A stretch of 59,017 nt of DNA. It comes from a virus (lineage: Duplodnaviria > Caudoviricetes). The DNA lies in the IMG/VR virus record IMGVR_UViG_3300048576_000482, positions 1 through 59,017 of that record; one strand, given 5' to 3'. How positions within the stretch are numbered: position 1 is the stretch's first letter; the number at the start of each line of letters is the position of its first letter. Of the stretch, positions 27,844 to 37,224 are shown piece by piece. Below the pieces are notes generated by a model that saw only the letters and a program-made list of their open reading frames with translations, ran no database searches and was not told the DNA's origin. Both the position numbers and the translations under genes were made by a program.

Positions 27844-29436
27844 ATGGTAGGATTATTTATAAATAACACAAAAGGCATATCCCCAAGCGATCCCAAACAA
27901 AACTATTCGTTCGCTCACGGAATGAAAACTGATATAATCGTCCCCAAGGGTACCTGGCCGGTATCGGATACCGAAGAAGCTTCCCGGTTGGAGCGATACC
28001 GAATAAACAATCTGCTTTTCCGGAACCGGTATCAAGATGTTTGGCCGACATGGCATGACCGGGTAACTCGTAATTGGGACAGAGAGGATCTGCGGATTGC
28101 CTTTGTGGTGGCTAACTTTTGTCAGATATTATCCCTGCTATGTGCTGATTTATTGGTTGGAGAGCAAGGCGAGGATTTTGGAGCAAGCTGCAAAGGTGAA
28201 AAAGCCAATCAGGGATTACAGGATATTATCAGCGCTAATCATTTTAATATCACCGCTTATGAGGTGAGTGGGATAGATACATCCATGCGTGGCGATGGTG
28301 TTTATAAACTCGTTGTCAGAAATGGCAAGGTTCGGATATACGGTCAACCGGCTAATACCTGGTTTCCTTTGGTCGAAGAAGATAATCTCAAGGAAATCAA
28401 AGCTCATATTTTGGCATGGAAAACAACCAAGAATGGTCAAGACTATCTCCGGAAAGAGATTCACGAGCGGGGCCGGATTTATAATCAGGCATTCAGACTC
28501 AATGGGCAAATGATTGAAGACCAGGTTAAACTCAGCGAACTTGGGTTGAAGCGCATCGTAGACGGCCAAGAAGCGGACTATCCCGAACAAGAAGACACGA
28601 AATTGCCGGATGATTTTCTTATTGTCCATAATCCAAATTGGGGGCTAACAGATCAGATTTACGGTGTGGATGACTACGAAAATATCGATACTTTAGTCGG
28701 AGAATTTGCAATCATGCTATCACGTAATAGCATGGTATTAGCCAAACACACCGATCCGAGTATGTACGGCGATCATACATATTTAACTCAAAAAGTATCG
28801 TCAGATGGTAACGTGGAATACACGCTCCCTTCCGGTGGCACATTTTTTCCGGTTTCGGCTGATAGTAAACCGCCTGGATACATCACCTGGGACGGCCAAC
28901 TCGAAGCGGCAGAAAAACAAATTGACCGGCTGTTAGAGTGCCTGTTTTACTGTTCGGAAACCTCTTCTGCTGCGTTCGGCTTGGACAAAGACGCAGTGGC
29001 CGAGTCGGGGGTGGCATTGAAGCGGCGCTTATTCCGAACCCTAGCAAAAATCAATCGAAAAAAGCTGTTTGCAGACCCGGCTATCAAAGATGTCCTGGAA
29101 ATCGCCCAGAAACTGGACAACGAGTGGACCAGTGCAAACTACACTCCGGAGCGGCCAAGTATTGATTGGAAAGACGGTCTGCCGGACGACGATACCGAAG
29201 TTGGAACATATTGTGATCAGCGGCTCAATAATAACACTTTGAGCCGGGTTGAGGCGATTATACGCATGGATAATGTTGACGAGGAGACAGCTAAGGAGCG
29301 AGCCGAGAAAATTCAAAAAGAGATGGATGAGGCGCTTCCGGAATTTGGGCGGGGAGGAGTCAAAGGGCAAACAGGGCAGGCTGGACAAGCGGCCAAGGGA
29401 ACTCCGACGATTCCGGAGGATCCGTTTCAAAAATAA
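27844..29436 (+). CDS. Portal protein (SPP1 gp6-like)
   Basis: Position after terL; 530 aa; YGVDDY, ESGVALK and IDWKDGLPDD. Confidence 0.85.
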   Translation: MVGLFINNTKGISPSDPKQNYSFAHGMKTDIIVPKGTWPVSDTEEASRLERYRINNLLFRNRYQDVWPTWHDRVTRNWDREDLRIAFVVANFCQILSLLCADLLVGEQGEDFGASCKGEKANQGLQDIISANHFNITAYEVSGIDTSMRGDGVYKLVVRNGKVRIYGQPANTWFPLVEEDNLKEIKAHILAWKTTKNGQDYLRKEIHERGRIYNQAFRLNGQMIEDQVKLSELGLKRIVDGQEADYPEQEDTKLPDDFLIVHNPNWGLTDQIYGVDDYENIDTLVGEFAIMLSRNSMVLAKHTDPSMYGDHTYLTQKVSSDGNVEYTLPSGGTFFPVSADSKPPGYITWDGQLEAAEKQIDRLLECLFYCSETSSAAFGLDKDAVAESGVALKRRLFRTLAKINRKKLFADPAIKDVLEIAQKLDNEWTSANYTPERPSIDWKDGLPDDDTEVGTYCDQRLNNNTLSRVEAIIRMDNVDEETAKERAEKIQKEMDEALPEFGRGGVKGQTGQAGQAAKGTPTIPEDPFQK

Positions 29437-29461
29437 TCAGCAAAAGTAAGCCGGTGATCCA

Positions 29462-30487
29462 ATGATAACACCTTATAATATTGACGAGCTGTTATACATT
29501 AACGAAGAATTGCTTTATGCCGCATACCAAGATGCTTATAACAAAGCTGTGGCCACGCTAATGAAACAAGAAATTCGCGGCATGTCCAAGGCTCACATGG
29601 AATCGGTCATGGCTGATATTGAGCAGATTATAGAGGAGTTGCGGCAAACTCATTATAATTGGTTTTTGGCTAATATCCCGGATGGTTATCAGCTCGGCTC
29701 CGACTTGGTAGTCGATAAAATGACCCAAAGATATTCAATCGCCGCAGATACTATTAATAAATCATTCGGCTCCGTCCATATCGACGCAGCCAAGGCGCTC
29801 ATTAATAGCACGTTCCAGGACGTGGCAGGGCTGACTCGCAACATGGAAGACAGCATGAGACAATTACTGAGAGATTCGGCCAAGGAAATATTCAATCCTA
29901 ATTTGATTATTGGTGAGGCCAGGCGCAAAACAAGCCGGGAATTGGTCCGTAATCTCAATCAAAAAGGATGGACTGTTTACTATGATGATAAGGGACGATA
30001 CATTCCACTTAAGGAATATGTCAATTTGGTTATGGATGAAAACTGGGTCGGATTCATCGACAAGGCCGGCCGGGCCTGGGACCCAATGCATTATTCAAAA
30101 ATGCTTACCCGGACCAAAATGGCGGAGGCGGCAAGCGTTGGGACTGAGAATAGGTTGCGGGCGAATGGCTTGGATTTAGTGATTATCCCGACCAACTACG
30201 GGACCGATGATTGGTGCCGATTTTATGAAAACAAGGTATTTTCGATTAGCGGCCAGACCGAAGGATATCCGAGACTAAGCGACGTTCCAAATGGCGGTTG
30301 CCCGATGCATCCGCTGTGCCGCCACCGGCAGGCACCTTTCATTCCTAAGTTTGAAAGCGAGGAAATGATTAATTTTGGAAAGAGTTTAGATAGGCGGTTT
30401 TTGGGGCTGAATAACGATGTGACCGGGTACGCCGATCAGGCCAAATTGAGGGTGTTAGAAAGGAAGTATCTTAGTAAGGTGTTGTAA
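29462..30487 (+). CDS. Minor capsid / head morphogenesis protein
   Basis: FIDKAGRAW...YSKMLTRT; C-terminal HPLCRH. Confidence 0.85.
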   Translation: MITPYNIDELLYINEELLYAAYQDAYNKAVATLMKQEIRGMSKAHMESVMADIEQIIEELRQTHYNWFLANIPDGYQLGSDLVVDKMTQRYSIAADTINKSFGSVHIDAAKALINSTFQDVAGLTRNMEDSMRQLLRDSAKEIFNPNLIIGEARRKTSRELVRNLNQKGWTVYYDDKGRYIPLKEYVNLVMDENWVGFIDKAGRAWDPMHYSKMLTRTKMAEAASVGTENRLRANGLDLVIIPTNYGTDDWCRFYENKVFSISGQTEGYPRLSDVPNGGCPMHPLCRHRQAPFIPKFESEEMINFGKSLDRRFLGLNNDVTGYADQAKLRVLERKYLSKVL

Positions 30488-30743
30488 TATCAATCTTAAA
30501 CCGCTTTACCGATTCATCTCGGTACCGAATCTCGACCAAACAAACATTTTCCAAAAGATGAAACTTTGGGCCTTGCGATACACGCTCGAAACCAAGCTCA
30601 CGTATGTACTTAACCGATATTTCTGAACTCAATCGAAGAAGTATCGGTTTTTGTTTTTGCATTTTTACTATGTCTTCGAGATAAAGGTTTATTTCGAGGA
30701 GAATCGGGAGCTTGGGGTGGGGGAAATAGGAGAGGTTTGACAT
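30471..30743 (-). CDS. Hypothetical antisense moron, possibly leaderless
   Basis: TGG-TAAAAT -10 element 6 nt upstream of the ATG; no RBS. Confidence 0.5.
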   Translation of the reverse strand: MSNLSYFPHPKLPILLEINLYLEDIVKMQKQKPILLRLSSEISVKYIRELGFERVSQGPKFHLLENVCLVEIRYRDESVKRFKIDITTPY

Positions 30744-30811
30744 AGTTGTATTTTACCATATTGGTTTAAATTGCAAAGTAAAATAATGGGTATTAAAAAG
30801 GAAGGTTTACT

Positions 30812-31018
30812 GTGATATTTAAATTGGGCAAAGCATATCGGCACTCGGGCGGAGTGGAAATGAAGATTGTAGGATTGGCAGAGACAACCGCCTGGGGAAG
30901 TTCTTTAATCGGTGAGGATGTTCACGGTCATTTATCTCCAATTGGCAAAACAGAAGAAAATGCAATTAACTGGGTTGAAATTACGGAAAAAGAATGGATG
31001 AAAAATTTTTCTAAATAA
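30812..31018 (+). CDS. Hypothetical protein
   Basis: AAGGAAGG RBS. Confidence 0.6.
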   Translation: MIFKLGKAYRHSGGVEMKIVGLAETTAWGSSLIGEDVHGHLSPIGKTEENAINWVEITEKEWMKNFSK

Positions 31019-31192
31019 TCAATCCAGGGGCGAAATGTCGCACGGTTGGAACTCAGCGCTATTTTTTTATTCATTTGAATAGCGTTCTCCGCCATCGAAG
31101 GCCGGGGCAGATCCGGTTTCCCTGGTGAAATAAATTAACAATTTTAGACAGAGAGCCAGCAGAAAGAAAGCAAAACAGAAAGGGTGACAGGG

Positions 31193-31654
31193 ATGATTAT
31201 TAAGTATCTTAAAGATGGCGTATGGGGTTATATTGACAATGTAAGGCAAGTTGGCAACAAAAGCATTATCGCCGGTGAATTAATCGCTAAATATGATGAA
31301 GAAGTCAAGAAAGGCGAAAGGGACGATGACGCAAGTTATATTGATTTTACAACCGGAATTATAAACGCCGAGAAGGAAGGAAATCAACTCGCCTATCAAC
31401 GATTACCGGAAGATGTTATTGCCGTTAATAAAGTGTTTTTAATGGCAACGGAATTGTTACCGGAAGAAATTAGAGAGCTTGGGTATAGTTACGAAAATTT
31501 CCTTAACGGCGAGGCTTTAATTGAAAATTTTCCGGTTAACATGATTATGCTTCACCTTAACAAACACAAGGAATGCGACGTTTTGGTTCTTGTGACAAAC
31601 CAAAAGACCTACCTAATGAATGACGAAGGTAAAACTATTGAACGTTTAGTATAA
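31193..31654 (+). CDS. Hypothetical protein (C-terminal YLMNDEGKTIERL) flanked by inverted repeats
   Basis: ORF bracketed by TAGACAGAGAGCCA / TGGCTCTCTGTCTA. Confidence 0.65.
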   Translation: MIIKYLKDGVWGYIDNVRQVGNKSIIAGELIAKYDEEVKKGERDDDASYIDFTTGIINAEKEGNQLAYQRLPEDVIAVNKVFLMATELLPEEIRELGYSYENFLNGEALIENFPVNMIMLHLNKHKECDVLVLVTNQKTYLMNDEGKTIERLV

Positions 31655-31691
31655 GGCAGATTGGCTCTCTGTCTATTATAAAAAGGAAATT

Positions 31692-31718
31692 AACCGCTTA
31701 ACATAGCGGTTTTATTTT
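31692..31718 (+). terminator. Rho-independent terminator
   Basis: AACCGCT-TAACAT-AGCGGTT-TTATTTT. Confidence 0.6.
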
Positions 31719-31788
31719 GCCTATCACATGCGGCGGCGTACAATTGCATGGTTAAATTAGCCGACGGGCAATAAACGGAGGGATATTG

Positions 31789-32559
31789 ATGTATAACATT
31801 TTTAAACGTTTTTTAAAAATACTCTTTCTGGCGCCGATGATTTTACTTTTTGGAGTAGACGGCGCCGGTGGAGGCAGCGACACCAGCGGTAATGGTGGAG
31901 ATGACGGAAAAGACGGTAAGAGCGGTAAAGGCGGAGATGATGGCAAAGGTGGAGATGACAGTAAGGGCGGCGATAAAACCACCGTCACAATGACCCAGGC
32001 CGATCTTGATAAACTTATCCAGCAACGTCTTGACCGCGGCGGCAAAGCGGCGGTAAAAGAGTTTCTTAAGGGGCTTGGCGTTTCCGAGGAGGAAATTACC
32101 AATATCATCAAGGCAAAAAAAGACGCCGAGGAAAAAGAGAAAACCGACCTTCAAAAAGCCAACGAAAAAACCGCCAAAGCAGAGCAAGAACGCGACGCCG
32201 CCAAACAAACGGCCAATAATAAACTTGCTAAAGCTGCTTTTTTGGTTCAAGCGGTCGCTGTTGGCATTCCGGCAGACCGGATCGGCGATGCTGCTGAGTT
32301 GGTACGCGCTCAACTGGCTGAGTTGAAACCGGATGACAAGACCGGCGAATTCGACGATAAGGAAATTAAAAAGATTGCCGAAGAGTTGGTTAAAGCTAAG
32401 CCGTGGCTGAAAGGCGACAACAAAGGCGGTAATCTTGGTGGCGGAAGCAATTCTGGCGGAGGCGACGACAAGCCCGGTTCTTATGGTAAGAAAATGGCCG
32501 AGGCGAACAAAGCCGCCGCCGACGAAAACGATCCTTGGGAAGCCAAGAAATTAAAGTAA
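31789..32559 (+). CDS. Capsid scaffolding protein
   Basis: G/D/K-rich N-region, TQADLDKLIQQRL, EKTDLQKA and LVKAKPWL; upstream of capsid genes. Confidence 0.85.
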   Translation: MYNIFKRFLKILFLAPMILLFGVDGAGGGSDTSGNGGDDGKDGKSGKGGDDGKGGDDSKGGDKTTVTMTQADLDKLIQQRLDRGGKAAVKEFLKGLGVSEEEITNIIKAKKDAEEKEKTDLQKANEKTAKAEQERDAAKQTANNKLAKAAFLVQAVAVGIPADRIGDAAELVRAQLAELKPDDKTGEFDDKEIKKIAEELVKAKPWLKGDNKGGNLGGGSNSGGGDDKPGSYGKKMAEANKAAADENDPWEAKKLK

Positions 32560-32582
32560 ACATGAAAGAAAGGTGATATAAA

Positions 32583-33695
32583 ATGAATCTTAATGTAACG
32601 AGAGAAACTTTTCGCGCGGAATTGGCATGGTTAGCATCGCAAAGCGGGAAGATGGTTAAAACCGGAGGCATTACCTTGAGTTATGCTCACAGAGCGCCGG
32701 ACCCTGCGACTGGGAAAAGAATCTATCGGTCCGGAGAGTTTGTTGGGTTGCTGTCTACTACTTCCGGCTTATGGACTCGTTATCAAAGAGCAATTGGCGC
32801 CTTCGCACAATTAGTGACCAATGCGGCCGTGACCAATGCGTCCATTGTTTGGACAGCCAGGACCGCTGGAGTTGGAGGTAATGCCATTACATTGGCATTG
32901 GTCAACCCTGGAGTGCCAAATTCTCCTTTGGCTGTTACTGTTATTGCGACGGCTATTTCCGTTAGCCTTGAAACTAACGCCGCAGCTGCTTTGGTAACTA
33001 CTGCCGCACAATTAATCCAAGCAATCAAAGACGATCCCGCCGCCAATGCGCTTGTTTATGGCGAGTTAGCAAGAGGTCACAACGGTACTGGATTGATAGC
33101 CGCTATCGCTGCTACGAATCTGACTGGCGGAGTGGCTTCGGTAGGTCAACAAGCTACTTTGGATACTGGCGTTGTCGGTAATAACAATGCCATTACTCAT
33201 ACCGCTGTAAACATTGGAACCGCTGGCGATAATATCCAAGTGGCGCACTTAGATCCCGGCGCGAATAGTATTCCACTCTCTTTGGCAGTTGTTGGTTCCG
33301 GAACTGCGGCTGATCCATATGTCGTTAATGTAACATTAGCGACCGATGCTGGTGGTGTTATTACCTCAACCGCCGCTAATGTGATTGAATTAATTAACAA
33401 TCACGGATTTGCCCGGACTATCATTCGCGCATCCAACACCGGGGCAAGCACTGGCGCTGGCGTTATGGTCGCTGCCGTGGCCGCTCCTTTGGCCGGCGGA
33501 ACTGACATGAATGTTTTAATGAGCGAAGGCCAATTTGGAATTCTTCTCCATGACGTTGATGTTACTAACGGCAACGGAATCGGCGCGGTGTTGTACGGCG
33601 GAAAAGTTTTGGATGCCAGATTACCGGCGGTTTCGGATGCGTACGTTCGCGCCGCGTTGCCGATGGTGGCATTCACTAACGAAAACTGGCCCTAA
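32583..33695 (+). CDS. Head decoration protein with two inserted repeat domains
   Basis: Lies between scaffold and MCP; C-terminal GILLHDVDVTNGN...GKVLDARLP; two internal Ala/Gly/Thr-rich repeats. Confidence 0.7.
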   Translation: MNLNVTRETFRAELAWLASQSGKMVKTGGITLSYAHRAPDPATGKRIYRSGEFVGLLSTTSGLWTRYQRAIGAFAQLVTNAAVTNASIVWTARTAGVGGNAITLALVNPGVPNSPLAVTVIATAISVSLETNAAAALVTTAAQLIQAIKDDPAANALVYGELARGHNGTGLIAAIAATNLTGGVASVGQQATLDTGVVGNNNAITHTAVNIGTAGDNIQVAHLDPGANSIPLSLAVVGSGTAADPYVVNVTLATDAGGVITSTAANVIELINNHGFARTIIRASNTGASTGAGVMVAAVAAPLAGGTDMNVLMSEGQFGILLHDVDVTNGNGIGAVLYGGKVLDARLPAVSDAYVRAALPMVAFTNENWP

Positions 33696-33772
33696 TAATT
33701 TATTAGGGCTTTTAAATTTAATTTTTATCATAGCTTAAATTTAATTTACCAAACTGAAAGGAAGTGCAAATC

Positions 33773-34951
33773 ATGATATACTTAATTTTATTAATCGCGC
33801 TGCTTGTGTCCATGGTTTGGGCATATGCGACGCATCCGGCAAAAGTCCGACGGCTAATTAGGGTTATGTCTTTTGGTTCATTCGGACCGGCGGCGTTGCT
33901 GTTGGGAATCGATCGCCCACTAGACGCCGTCAGTGTTCCCGAATTATTATCATATATTAGGGCACGGACTCCCCGGCGTATGCTTGGGGATGTTTTATTT
34001 CCAGCCAAGGATATAACTGGATTGGATTGGAAAGCAGTTATAGGAGCAAATCGCCTCCCGGTGGCCGCGAAAGTCGTGGCGTTTAACCAAGAGGCCAGCA
34101 TCGCCTCCCGCGAAGGGGTTGAATTGCAGAAAGGCAGAATCGTTCCCATCAAACGGAAAATTACTATTGATGAGGAAACGATGCAAAAACTGTATACTCC
34201 GCGACCGAATACCAGCGAGCTGGACGACGCGATTGCTGAAATTTACAACGACGTGGAAAACATGATTATCGCGGTTGAAACTAAAATCGAAGCTATTCGG
34301 TGGGAGATTCTTTCAACTGGGCGGGTTATGCTCGATGAAGATGGTATTGTTCAACAGGTGGAGTTTGGTTTCAATCCGTTGCTCCAAACCCAAACCCTGG
34401 TTGGTAATGCCCAGTGGAGTAACCCGGCGACCTCTACTCCAATCACCGACATGATTCGGTGGAGGAATTCCATTGTAAACAGAACTGGAGTCCGTCCCGG
34501 CAGGTCTGTCACTTCGGAAACAAACTTGGCTTTAATCCTGCAATCGAACGAAGTCAACACCCTTGTACACGGAACCCAGGGCGCCGGTCTCCCGGTAACC
34601 GAGGCGCAATTACAACAGTTACTTCAAACTATGGGGTTACCGCCGATTGTTACTTATGACGACCAATACCGGGTACAGAACGAGAACGGCACTTATACTC
34701 AACTCCGGTATCTTCCAGAAGACTTGTTCGTGATGATGCCCGGGGATAAACTGGGTGACCAATTGTACTCACCGACTGTCGAAGCCCTGAAGAAGGTCCG
34801 TGACGGCGTTATCAATTATGGTGATGCACGTAGGATTTACGCCGAAGTTTGGGAAGAAAATGAGCCGCCTGCGCATTGGACCAAAGCGGCTGCTCTCAGC
34901 TTCCCTACTTGCCCAATGATTGACAGTATCTTCATCGCGGACGTAGCGTAA
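33773..34951 (+). CDS. Major capsid protein (phage capsid E family) with hydrophobic N-terminal leader
   Basis: LFPAK, PVAAKVVAFNQEA, PIKRK and WSNPATSTPITD; position and size. Confidence 0.88.
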   Translation: MIYLILLIALLVSMVWAYATHPAKVRRLIRVMSFGSFGPAALLLGIDRPLDAVSVPELLSYIRARTPRRMLGDVLFPAKDITGLDWKAVIGANRLPVAAKVVAFNQEASIASREGVELQKGRIVPIKRKITIDEETMQKLYTPRPNTSELDDAIAEIYNDVENMIIAVETKIEAIRWEILSTGRVMLDEDGIVQQVEFGFNPLLQTQTLVGNAQWSNPATSTPITDMIRWRNSIVNRTGVRPGRSVTSETNLALILQSNEVNTLVHGTQGAGLPVTEAQLQQLLQTMGLPPIVTYDDQYRVQNENGTYTQLRYLPEDLFVMMPGDKLGDQLYSPTVEALKKVRDGVINYGDARRIYAEVWEENEPPAHWTKAAALSFPTCPMIDSIFIADVA

Positions 34952-35020
34952 GCGGTTATTTTAAAATATAAAGGGGTTGTCCTACTGGCAATCCCTTTCC
35001 CTATTAAAATTTATTGAAAG

Positions 35021-35557
35021 ATGGTGAAAACATACATGGCTAACGTAGACGTAAAAGCCTTGAAGCCGCTCGGAATCAAGGAAGGCAAGACTACTGTAAA
35101 TAAAACCGCCGGGGAAACATTTAAAATGGACATGAAAGATGCTCTGGCGGCTGAAAAAGATGGTGCGGTGGAGATTTTAACCGGTGAAAATACAGTCGAT
35201 AATTTACCACCCGTCAACAATGACTCTCCAGTTGTAGTCAACGATCCAAAAGAGATTACCTTGTTAAAATCCAAGGCCAAGGAAATTGGAATCCCCGGTT
35301 ATACCAAAATGTCTCCCGAAACGCTTTTTAATGCCTTGATCCTCAAACAGTCTGAAGATGTCGCAGCACAATCCGCCGAACAGGCTGTCGATGTTACAAC
35401 CAAAGATCATGTTAAGCTATTAAAAATAGCCGCAGACTCGCTAAGGGTCGAGATTGATGGTTCCCTTAATTTCGCTGATGCAGTTGAAGTAGTTATAAAT
35501 GCGGCGGCAGGGTGGAAGGAAAAAGCGGAAGCGGTGGCGTCCGGTGATGGCGAGTGA
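35021..35557 (+). CDS. Head-associated protein with Rho-N-like helical motif
   Basis: LKSKAKEIGIPGYTKMSPETL. Confidence 0.55.
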   Translation: MVKTYMANVDVKALKPLGIKEGKTTVNKTAGETFKMDMKDALAAEKDGAVEILTGENTVDNLPPVNNDSPVVVNDPKEITLLKSKAKEIGIPGYTKMSPETLFNALILKQSEDVAAQSAEQAVDVTTKDHVKLLKIAADSLRVEIDGSLNFADAVEVVINAAAGWKEKAEAVASGDGE

Positions 35558-35919
35558 GTATTAACTTAACCAGCGCCAATAATTACTTTGCCACTCACCT
35601 GGATGAAGCGACATGGACAGCGGCCACCGATGATCAAAAAATTGCCGCACTCACCACCGCCGAAATGGAAATTAGCAGTTTACCAATTAGCAACTCCGTC
35701 CAAGCTCTATCTAAATGTTTAATCGCAATTTACGAGCAAGCCGTCTGGAGATTACGGACCAGCACAAAGCGGGAAGACTTGCAATCCCAAGGAGTAAAAA
35801 GCGTCAGAAATCCCTCTGGTGTGGCTGAAACTTACGGAGCTATGACGTATGGAATACCATTGGCTCCCCGGGCAAAAGCGGCATTGAATGGATGCTGGGT
35901 GATTGGGGCGATACGATGA
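35554..35919 (+). CDS. Head-tail adaptor/connector
   Basis: ANNYF...W..ATDDQK..AL; QGVKS; position. Confidence 0.7.
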   Translation: MSINLTSANNYFATHLDEATWTAATDDQKIAALTTAEMEISSLPISNSVQALSKCLIAIYEQAVWRLRTSTKREDLQSQGVKSVRNPSGVAETYGAMTYGIPLAPRAKAALNGCWVIGAIR

Positions 35920-36236
35920 GTAAAGGGATAACCGAGGATTATTATAACGAGGATCTTGTTTGGATTCCCGCTTTGAGAAATCTTGATGGGTCTGCCAAAA
36001 AGGGCGGAGATGGCCGGACGCTCTATGCCTCCCCGCGAAATATCCGGGGGTGTTTGACTGAAAAAATAAAAATAGTCCGAGATAAAACCGGCCAGGAAGT
36101 AACATCGTCCAGCAATGCAGCTTTAAGCGAGGCGGTAGGTCTGGACGATAAAATCAACGGGCGCTTGGTTATTGCGTTAAGTAACCACAAAGATCTGGAT
36201 GGCAATAGCGAAGGGCGAACGGTTTATATGGCTTAG
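35916..36236 (+). CDS. Head closure/joining protein
   Basis: Position; KIVRDKTGQEVTSS. Confidence 0.6.
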   Translation: MSKGITEDYYNEDLVWIPALRNLDGSAKKGGDGRTLYASPRNIRGCLTEKIKIVRDKTGQEVTSSSNAALSEAVGLDDKINGRLVIALSNHKDLDGNSEGRTVYMA

Positions 36237-36258
36237 ACGGCAAGGCGGCGGTGAGGTT

Positions 36259-36741
36259 ATGGCAGACGATATTTTTAATTTCCATATCGATTTTGAAGCT
36301 TTAAGTAATGATGTTGATGCCGTTTGCCATAATTTCGACCTATACGATGAGAAATCCGTCCAAGCTACCACACAGGCCATGGTGGAAAACACCGAGGATT
36401 TACTTAGTAAAAGTATGCGAATAGTCCCCCACGATGAAGGGATTCTGGAGGGGTCCGGATCGGCCCGGGTGCAAAATGTGGAAGTCGCCAAAGCATCACC
36501 GGAAGGTCCGGCGGAGACGCACACACTGGAAATCAAAGATACCATTCCGGCTGTTCGCCCTGGTTCAGTTATCACCGGCCAGGTGAGTTATAATACCCCA
36601 TATGCAGCAATACAGCATGAGGAATTATCATACGAGCATAAACCAGGCCGTCAGGCAAAATACCTAGAAACTCCACTCAAAGCAATGTTTAAGCGCTATA
36701 CCAAAAATATTGCCGATATGGTCAAAGCGGTCAGGAGGTAG
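36259..36741 (+). CDS. HK97 gp10-like neck protein
   Basis: VPHDEGIL, YNTPYAAIQHE and AKYLETP. Confidence 0.75.
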   Translation: MADDIFNFHIDFEALSNDVDAVCHNFDLYDEKSVQATTQAMVENTEDLLSKSMRIVPHDEGILEGSGSARVQNVEVAKASPEGPAETHTLEIKDTIPAVRPGSVITGQVSYNTPYAAIQHEELSYEHKPGRQAKYLETPLKAMFKRYTKNIADMVKAVRR

Positions 36742-36744
36742 CCG

Positions 36745-37179
36745 ATGGATTATTTAAACGCCAAAACTCTTGCAGAATATTGCGCTATCCCGGAACCGGT
36801 TGAACCTCCGGCAGAGCCGCCGGAATCGCCCGGTCTTGGAATCGTCGGCGAAAATTTATTTTATTCTACAATGCCGGAATCCCCAGATCAATGCGTATCG
36901 ATTTTTGACACCGGTGGCTGGGCCAAAGATGAAATATTCCCCCGGGTGGATCTCACTTTTCAATTTTTATTTCGGGCGGCGGATTACGATTCCGCTCAGG
37001 TATTGATTAAAAAATTATCTGACTTTTTTCTTCCCGGCGGAATCCCAAAGCAAAATTTTTATATTGGATCATTCTATGTTCATATGGTTTCACCCAACCA
37101 GCCAGCGGCGTTTCAACTCGGCTACGATTCAAGTAATAGAATTAAGTTTACGTGGAATTTTACGTTTCAAATTCATTAA
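36745..37179 (+). CDS. Tail terminator / tail completion protein
   Basis: MPESPDQCVSIFDTGG...LGYDSSNR..FTWNF. Confidence 0.7.
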   Translation: MDYLNAKTLAEYCAIPEPVEPPAEPPESPGLGIVGENLFYSTMPESPDQCVSIFDTGGWAKDEIFPRVDLTFQFLFRAADYDSAQVLIKKLSDFFLPGGIPKQNFYIGSFYVHMVSPNQPAAFQLGYDSSNRIKFTWNFTFQIH

Positions 37180-37224
37180 AAGTTTAAAGTTTAAAACTAA
37201 AATAGGAAGGACGTGAAATAATTA

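Noticed and set aside
31024-31125. Canonical tRNA gene
   Set aside because: No TTCGA T-loop and no proper D or anticodon arm; kept only as tRNA-like
31860-31980. GGDDGK-type repeats in the scaffold gene
   Set aside because: Ordinary low-complexity linker of scaffold proteins
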